Below are positions 28,301 through 32,000 of a DNA stretch of 32,000 bases, piece after piece; position 1 is the stretch's first letter, and each line of letters opens with the position of its first letter. Both the position numbers and the translations under genes were made by a program. The notes below the pieces were generated by a model. It was given only the letters and a program-made list of their open reading frames with translations, did no database searches and had not been told where the DNA came from. This DNA comes from Sedimentisphaera cyanobacteriorum (GTDB lineage: Bacteria > Planctomycetota > Phycisphaerae > Sedimentisphaerales > Sedimentisphaeraceae). The DNA is taken from assembly GCF_001997385.1 (NCBI RefSeq), contig NZ_CP019633.1:2190001-2222000 (forward strand), in the 5' to 3' direction.

Positions 28301-28536
28301 TGACTGTATCGCCGCAGCAGGTGGAACTGAGCTCAGGCGAACCGATGGATATATCGCTAAACTGGGACGGGCGCGTGCCTTATCCTGCAAGCGATATTAC
28401 GCCGGCAAGCCAGATGCCTCAGGCTCCCAGCTGTACGGTTTATCTGCAAGGCGATATCAACGAAGATTGCAGCGTTAATCTGTTAGACCTTAAGATGCTC
28501 GCTTCAAACTGGCTGGAAAGCACATTAAGCCAGTAG
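25309..28536 (+). CDS. Large secreted multidomain protein: N-terminal papain-like (Cys51/His175) putative cysteine peptidase domain, central LADDFEC...WGSW module, C-terminal dockerin-like tag
   Basis: 1075 aa with signal peptide MKKAIITILIMSLAGLVFG. The order TDNSCWMASASNLL ... GGHAIAAWGDD ... VADSDRD follows the Cys-His-Asp/Asn order of clan-CA peptidases. The C-terminus is GDINEDCSVNLLDLKMLASNWLESTLSQ. There is a strong SD upstream and a terminator downstream. Confidence 0.8.
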   Translation: MKKAIITILIMSLAGLVFGEWRRDPASDVDKEFLSGNEGLVSGTPPTDNSCWMASASNLLAGAGYGNGGNIQERAEDIYLDMLTWQESINPSNTHGTQDGGWIDTALTWWLSSSNNVWPSNPYTVVNVYGNKSKVPWSNSSGAKDIGNMLRDYKQVGLSISRPRTSPGGSPSGGHAIAAWGDDGSSAQLGSNPDEVIVADSDRDTSGTDFQTYTYDDYTNPNPGGYNEGSGWYFNFSANHWFIKHIATLTPTDNPVDPSDGPTQLVVGSYKIHQDELESATDLHYTAWTDYDILGYNTDIDWHTDNAPVITESSDHVPGLTRSDITADWDLSDNPVPYCNDVTITTEFVLQNWNGVWYDDVYFTYPGGQQTKYLQPPYDSMLGTDIRCDSYDEIPRLLADDFECTEEGIISKIYLWGSWDQDYGEGDPPGNVQKFRLKIFSDDPVGDDPKNPDDDPDNEASKPLEVLWEGSFTDFTTSQYSVVQQEYFWDPFTNSPISWDNRIWQYEIDIPESQAFEQQGSQEEPVVYWLGVSADIDGYSSAKFGWKTTSPENGWNDKAVAWKDTLVKTDEFDFWEDRSSHSYQENGSVSKGAYDCSGDQALRIGYNDSGAFVYLIMNVNPNSEQVKLRYKIPWAGAVAGMIGAELVVDGEYKGNLVSDGCLWQEIMLTNMSGDTADGEIEIKIKDTYPDYDGDIQITSMQAYSIGKDWEPLVYPDNHELVSQPVDMSFAVAGPDNSQGWFMPEFGWNIVTAELDNTDIPDISGGYVLGAFDLFGDEGLLGQYRFVHQYPYTQDPETHTFTIQGGPDSASAPCADFDDVKSPSSYSVGGYFNTQGYDVDFKEFFWLPSGSTTSGTATVDASGQAGGSGSELELDNINAEFTFNYPIECLSVLFGEYGGNINLEVNGVFSNFDNFADINGYTIGGCSIYVTNGHGNDKGSLQIQGTINQFKIGGQELFIDDLCPGCGSGGRTVTAGNFRFGHSYGRPGKQKLWQFSDWMTVSPQQVELSSGEPMDISLNWDGRVPYPASDITPASQMPQAPSCTVYLQGDINEDCSVNLLDLKMLASNWLESTLSQ

Positions 28537-28550
28537 CATTATATTAACCA

Positions 28551-28587
28551 TTGGGGCTGGCCAGCAGAGGCCGGCCCCAATCCTTTT
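28551..28587 (+). terminator. Rho-independent terminator
   Basis: 12-bp stem TTGGGGCTGGCC / GGCCGGCCCCAA (one G-U pair), loop AGCAGA, followed by TCCTTTT. It starts 15 nt after the stop. Confidence 0.8.
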
Positions 28588-28718
28588 AATTTTCCGATAC
28601 AAGGGATTTTTTTGCTTGATTCAATTACTTTACAGTAAAAAAACTTGAAATAGAAAATTTATTTTGATAGTATGATATTCAAAGTATTCATATTAACATA
28701 TAGCTGAAAAGAAGAGTT

Positions 28719-29315
28719 GTGAAATTTTACTGTTTGCTGATTTTATTAAGCGTTTTTTGCGGTTCAGTCTGTGCGGACTATATAAGCATAAAAATCTACG
28801 AACAGGGTGATGATGTTATAGTATCCCACAGCGGAAGCTTAGACATCTCCGGCTTCAAGGGACAGGGCTCTTATTCCGAATCCCAAGTCGGATCTTCTGG
28901 ATATGATAGTATGATAGATCCTCGTGACGGCTATATTTGCAATGCCAGCGGAATATCCGCCGGAGACACAGAAGGAGAAATCAATCTCGAAACAACTGTG
29001 TTGTTTGGGTTTGGATCAGGCGCTTTAGCAGACAGCGCAAGCGGAGATTATTTCAATTTAGAAGGCTCAGGCGAAAATGATTTGCATTTCCTTCCGGAGA
29101 ATGTTGATCAGAACGATATCTTAACTGTAAACGGTTCAATGACTTTCCAAAACAAAACACTCGCCGACTTCATGATGTACAAGGGAACATACCCAATAGA
29201 CGACGATTCCAATTTTGCCGATGGCGAAAAGATTGAAATAACCATTACACCTGAACCGGCAACCCTTGCCCTGCTTGGACTTGGCGGATTCGTCTTGAGA
29301 AGAAGAAACGCTTAA
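28719..29315 (+). CDS. PEP-CTERM sorting-domain protein (198 aa, GTG start)
   Basis: N-terminal signal peptide KFYCLLILLSVFCGSVCA. The C-terminal TPEPATLALLGLGGFVLRRRNA has the PEP motif, a TM helix and a basic tail, which is the exosortase recognition signal. Confidence 0.85.
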   Translation: MKFYCLLILLSVFCGSVCADYISIKIYEQGDDVIVSHSGSLDISGFKGQGSYSESQVGSSGYDSMIDPRDGYICNASGISAGDTEGEINLETTVLFGFGSGALADSASGDYFNLEGSGENDLHFLPENVDQNDILTVNGSMTFQNKTLADFMMYKGTYPIDDDSNFADGEKIEITITPEPATLALLGLGGFVLRRRNA

Positions 29316-29406
29316 AAACAGCCCAAGAAGGATTAATCCCTTTCATAATTCACAGCGTGCAAATTAGACCCTGTATCACCCCTGAGATTAAATTTCTCTG
29401 GCCGGC

Positions 29407-29730
29407 CGGGGATAAGCTGTTATTAGGTAAGTGGAAAACCTGTTATTTTGCGGTTGCGATATATGCGGAAAAGCTGTTAAACACTTGTATATGGATTTAC
29501 CGATAACAACAGGCCGGCAGTTTTCCATAACGCCTGCGGAAAAGCTGTGTTTAAAACTGAATTGAATGCGACAAGTTTATTAACAACTTACCCACAATAA
29601 TTGTAGAAAACTTTATAAGTGTAAGCTCTTGTTATATACTATCTTACATAATTTTCAAATAAATATCCAACAAACACACAGCTCCTATTACTTCTATAAC
29701 TATTTTTAAAATATATATAATATGAGACAA
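29407..29730. other. Candidate replication origin (or iteron cluster): six DnaA-box-like 9-mers followed by an AT-rich tract
   Basis: Boxes, read as TTATCCACA-type:
- TTATCCCCG (rc of 29407-29415)
- TTTTCCACT (rc of 29430-29438)
- TTTTCCGCA (rc of 29464-29472)
- TTTTCCATA (29521-29529)
- TTTTCCGCA (rc of 29535-29543)
- TTACCCACA (29588-29596)
Four boxes sit inside a longer iteron GGAWAASCTGT (29410, 29433, 29467, 29538). A strongly AT-rich stretch follows at about 29597-29730. The whole 650-bp spacer lies between two convergent genes and has no ORF of 60 codons or more. Confidence 0.35.
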
Positions 29731-29963
29731 CACCCAACAAGCAGCGAAACCGTAAAGCGTACATACGCATGTCAGCCTGTTAGAATCGAAGCTGATTCGA
29801 ATGTGAAGTTAGAAATCAGAAACTTTAAGCAATTTGTCCCCTCAATAATGCAGAAATGTATTTATCATTGAACTTTAAGTTTTCAGGGTAAAGTCATATA
29901 GTAACTAATATGGACAGTTAATTTTTATGAATGCAGTGAGAACACCTGGATTGTGCAATAATT

Positions 29964-30725
29964 TTAATAAGTAAGCTGTTTAATGGCGTAATCGGCTGCG
30001 AGCAGGCCGAAAATGCCTGTGATGGTGGGCAGTGAGCCCATTAGATAGCATTTTCTTCCCTGAATATGGCCTCGTTTAATAGGATTCTCAGATTCGGGCG
30101 TTGCGAGGGCGCTTTGTTTCTTCAGCTGCTCACTGGAATAAACTGCCGGGAAACTCAGGCTAACCCCCCTTTTGCGAAGTCGCTTGCGAAGATTTGCAGC
30201 TAATGGGCAGTATCTTACCTCTCGCATTGCTGAGATGCGGATTTTGGATGGGTCTGTTTTTCTCGCTGCTCCCATGCTGGAAATAAAGGCGATTTCACGT
30301 TTGCTCAGCTCGGTAATGAGTTCGAGCTTTGGGTTGAGGGGGTCTATTGAATCGATCACAAAATCCGGGCGGCCTTCAAGGCAGCTCTCGAGCGTGTCGG
30401 TGTGAATGAATTCGTTCAGCGTTTCTACTTTGCACTGAGGGTTAATATCGAGAATTCTCTGCCTGCCTGCATCCGTTTTGTACCGCCCTTCCGTGCTTGT
30501 GAGTGCAAAAACTTGGCGGTTTATGTTGCTCTTGGTTATCTTATCCGAATCTATCAGGCGCAGTTTGCCAACGCCCGCCCTTGCCAGAGCCTCAGCTGCG
30601 AAACTGCCTACCGCCCCTGCCCCGCAAACTGCAACAAAGCTGGAAGCAAGCTTTTCCACGTTTTCTCTGCCGAGAAGCAGCTCTGTTCTTTTGAGCCTTT
30701 CTCGGAAATTATGCCGGCCGGTCAT
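29964..30725 (-). CDS. tcdA: tRNA threonylcarbamoyladenosine dehydratase (ThiF/MoeB/HesA-family E1-like, TcdA/CsdL type)
   Basis: 253 aa. RTELLLGRENVEKLASSFVAVCGAGAVGSFAAEALARAGVGKLRLIDSDKITKSNINRQ is the Rossmann GxGxxG plus D.D....N.NRQ pattern and the length class of TcdA. The start lies 12 nt after the parB stop, so the two are probably co-transcribed. Confidence 0.75.
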   Translation of the reverse strand: MTGRHNFRERLKRTELLLGRENVEKLASSFVAVCGAGAVGSFAAEALARAGVGKLRLIDSDKITKSNINRQVFALTSTEGRYKTDAGRQRILDINPQCKVETLNEFIHTDTLESCLEGRPDFVIDSIDPLNPKLELITELSKREIAFISSMGAARKTDPSKIRISAMREVRYCPLAANLRKRLRKRGVSLSFPAVYSSEQLKKQSALATPESENPIKRGHIQGRKCYLMGSLPTITGIFGLLAADYAIKQLTY

Positions 30726-30737
30726 AAATATGGCTCT

Positions 30738-31705
30738 CTACTGATCTTTTAAGTTTACGCCAAAAATGTTAGTTAATCTGTCGAATTCTTCGAGTGAATA
30801 GAAATCTATCGTTATACTGCCCTTCTTGCCGGTCTTGTTGGTTTTTATTTTAACCTTTGTCCCTAATGATTCTCTTATTCTTGATTCCAGATCCGCTATA
30901 TGGGCAGATTTAGCATCCTCTTTATTTTCAGCAGATTGTTCAGGATTTTCGAGTGATTCAATTTGTTTTTTTACTAATCGTTCCACTTCTCTCACTGTAA
31001 GCCGCCCTGTCATCGCTCTGTATGCGAGTTTTTTCTGCAAGTTTTCATCGGGCAGAGCAAGAAGCGCCCTTGCCTGCCCCATAGACAAGGCATTATTAAC
31101 GAGCATCTCTTTGACCTCCTCGGGCAGTTCGAGCAGTCTTATATGATTTGCCACAACCGACCTGTTCTCACCGAGTCTTTCGGCAACCTGCGTTTGAGAA
31201 AGGCCGAAGTTATCGGTATATTCTTTGTATGCAGTTGCCCTTTCGATAGGGTTGAGGTCTGAGCGGTGGATATTTTCAATAAGAGCCATTTCGAGCATCT
31301 GCTCATCGCTGGCCTCTTTTATTATAGAAGGTATTGTTTTGTTGCCGGCGAGTTTAGCCGCACGCCATCGTCTTTCGCCTGCAATCAGCTGATATCCCCT
31401 GTTCACCTTCTTTACAACAATGGGCTGAACAATACCGTTGGCCTTGATGGAATCAACGAGTTTAGTGAGCTCCTGCTCATCCCATTCAGTTCTCGGCTGA
31501 TATGGGTTTGGAGTAATCTCGCCCACTTTCAGGTCTCTGAGCTGCCCTTTCCCCTCTGCTTCCTGCTGAGCGGCCTGCTGCTGAGCGGGCGTCATAAGAG
31601 ACTGAAGCCCCTGCCGAGGTGTTTTGAGGTTTTTTTCTTTGCTGCCGTCTTTTTCTTGGCAGCAGACGTTTTTTTGGTCTTTGTAGATTTTGTTGTTTTT
31701 GCCAT
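30738..31705 (-). CDS. parB: Chromosome partitioning protein ParB (Spo0J), with an apparent frameshift in a G4 run (plus-strand CCCC at 31608-31611) near the N-terminus
   Basis: The body matches ParB: ITPNPYQPRTEWDEQELTKLVDSIKANGIVQPIVV, LIAGERRWRAAKLAG, HTH region LSQTQVAERLGENRSVVANHIRLL. An ATG at 31705 with a GGGAG SD opens MAKTTKSTKTKKTSAAKKKTAAKKKTSKHLGRG and then hits a stop. The long ORF frame resumes with GLQSLMTPAQ. Together these reconstitute the conserved ParB N-terminal LGRGLxSL motif if one extra G is present. Confidence 0.85.
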
Positions 31706-31732
31706 AATTACGCTCCCATATAATTTTTCTGC

Positions 31733-31760
31733 ATTGTAATATGTGAGAATATTTAATCAA
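31733..31760 (-). promoter_or_regulatory. Candidate sigma70-type promoter of parB
   Basis: On the minus strand: TTGATT (31755-31760), a 16-nt spacer, then TACAAT (31733-31738). It lies about 28 nt upstream of the ATG at 31705 and directly abuts parS. Confidence 0.55.
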
Positions 31761-31764
31761 GAAC

Positions 31765-31780
31765 TGTTTCACGTGAAACA
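31765..31780. promoter_or_regulatory. parS: parS centromere-like site (perfect palindrome TGTTTCACGTGAAACA)
   Basis: Exact match to the consensus chromosomal parS (TGTTNCACGTGAAACA). The palindrome extends to 18 bp (31764-31781). It is located 4 nt upstream of the parB -35 element. Confidence 0.9.
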
Positions 31781-32000
31781 GTGAAAAATGGATAGCTGTA
31801 TAGAGTTAAGCAGCTCGTCTTAAGTTTGTTTTACCTCTCTGGCGTTAATTAGATTATGATTTATTTTTACAGGGTAACTGATTTGATCGTCTTAAATGCT
31901 TGTCATTTAATACCCCTTCGTAAATTAAATAAAGGTCATACCTGAAAAGCAGGAGATAGGCACTTCTACTCTCCTTTGGTATATTCAAGTTTCTATTTTT

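Noticed and set aside
29580-29730. dif/terminus site, suggested by the convergent gene orientation
   Set aside because: I found no match to the XerCD dif consensus, and the nearby perfect parS and parB argue for an origin-proximal rather than terminus location.
29722-29892. 56-codon ORF (MRQHPTSSETVKRTYACQPVRIEADSNVKLEIRNFKQFVPSIMQKCIYH) in the convergent spacer
   Set aside because: It has no Shine-Dalgarno, it starts inside an AT-rich run, and it has no recognisable family. I cannot support it as coding, though it might be a gene remnant.
31706-31772. N-terminal extension of parB from the GTG at 31772, as in the ORF track
   Set aside because: That start codon lies inside the parS palindrome and upstream of the predicted promoter. 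The encoded MKQFLIKYSHILQCRKIIWERNYGKNNKIYKDQKNVCCQEKDGSKEKNLKT is out-of-frame reading of the Lys-rich true N-terminus.

Overview
This is a chromosomal segment of moderate GC with several long AT-rich non-coding spacers. It is probably from a PVC-superphylum or Planctomycetota (Phycisphaerae-like) bacterium. That taxonomic call is a low-confidence inference from a PEP-CTERM tag, dockerin-like C-terminal tags and a Pmp-like GGAI Gly-rich protein.

Gene content, left to right:
- the 5' part of a secreted GH2 beta-galactosidase (-)
- an AT-rich islet with a hypothetical coiled-coil ORF
- a ~1027-codon secreted Gly-rich three-module repeat protein whose frame is broken at a G9 tract
- a GH43-like beta-propeller (-)
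- a sugar ABC importer operon in rbsA-C-B order
- creD
- a 1.5-kb IS4-family element with perfect 15-bp inverted repeats
- a bPH membrane protein, an esterase and ndk
- a ribE-addB-addA operon
- a secreted gluconolactonase-like::glutathione-peroxidase fusion (-)
- a 1.56-kb non-coding mosaic of short repeats
- a 1075-aa secreted protein with a papain-like Cys/His N-domain
- a PEP-CTERM protein
- a 650-bp non-coding spacer between convergent genes
- tcdA and parB (-), with a perfect parS palindrome and a good promoter upstream

Items most worth a second look:
1. The poly-G frameshift and the 410-nt perfect intragenic duplication in the repeat protein.
2. The 23.75-25.3 kb non-coding mosaic. It contains 27-nt blocks of three tandem 9-mers, three REP/BIME-like hairpins with covarying stems, and a 228-bp segment flanked by perfect 18-bp inverted repeats upstream of a surface-protein gene.
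3. A DnaA-box-like iteron cluster plus AT-rich tract that could be oriC, supported by the nearby parS/parB.
4. A parB frameshift in a G4 run.

The two homopolymer frameshifts together raise the possibility of homopolymer miscalls in the assembly. No tRNA, rRNA or CRISPR array was recognised. All motif coordinates were located by eye and may be off by 1-2 nt.
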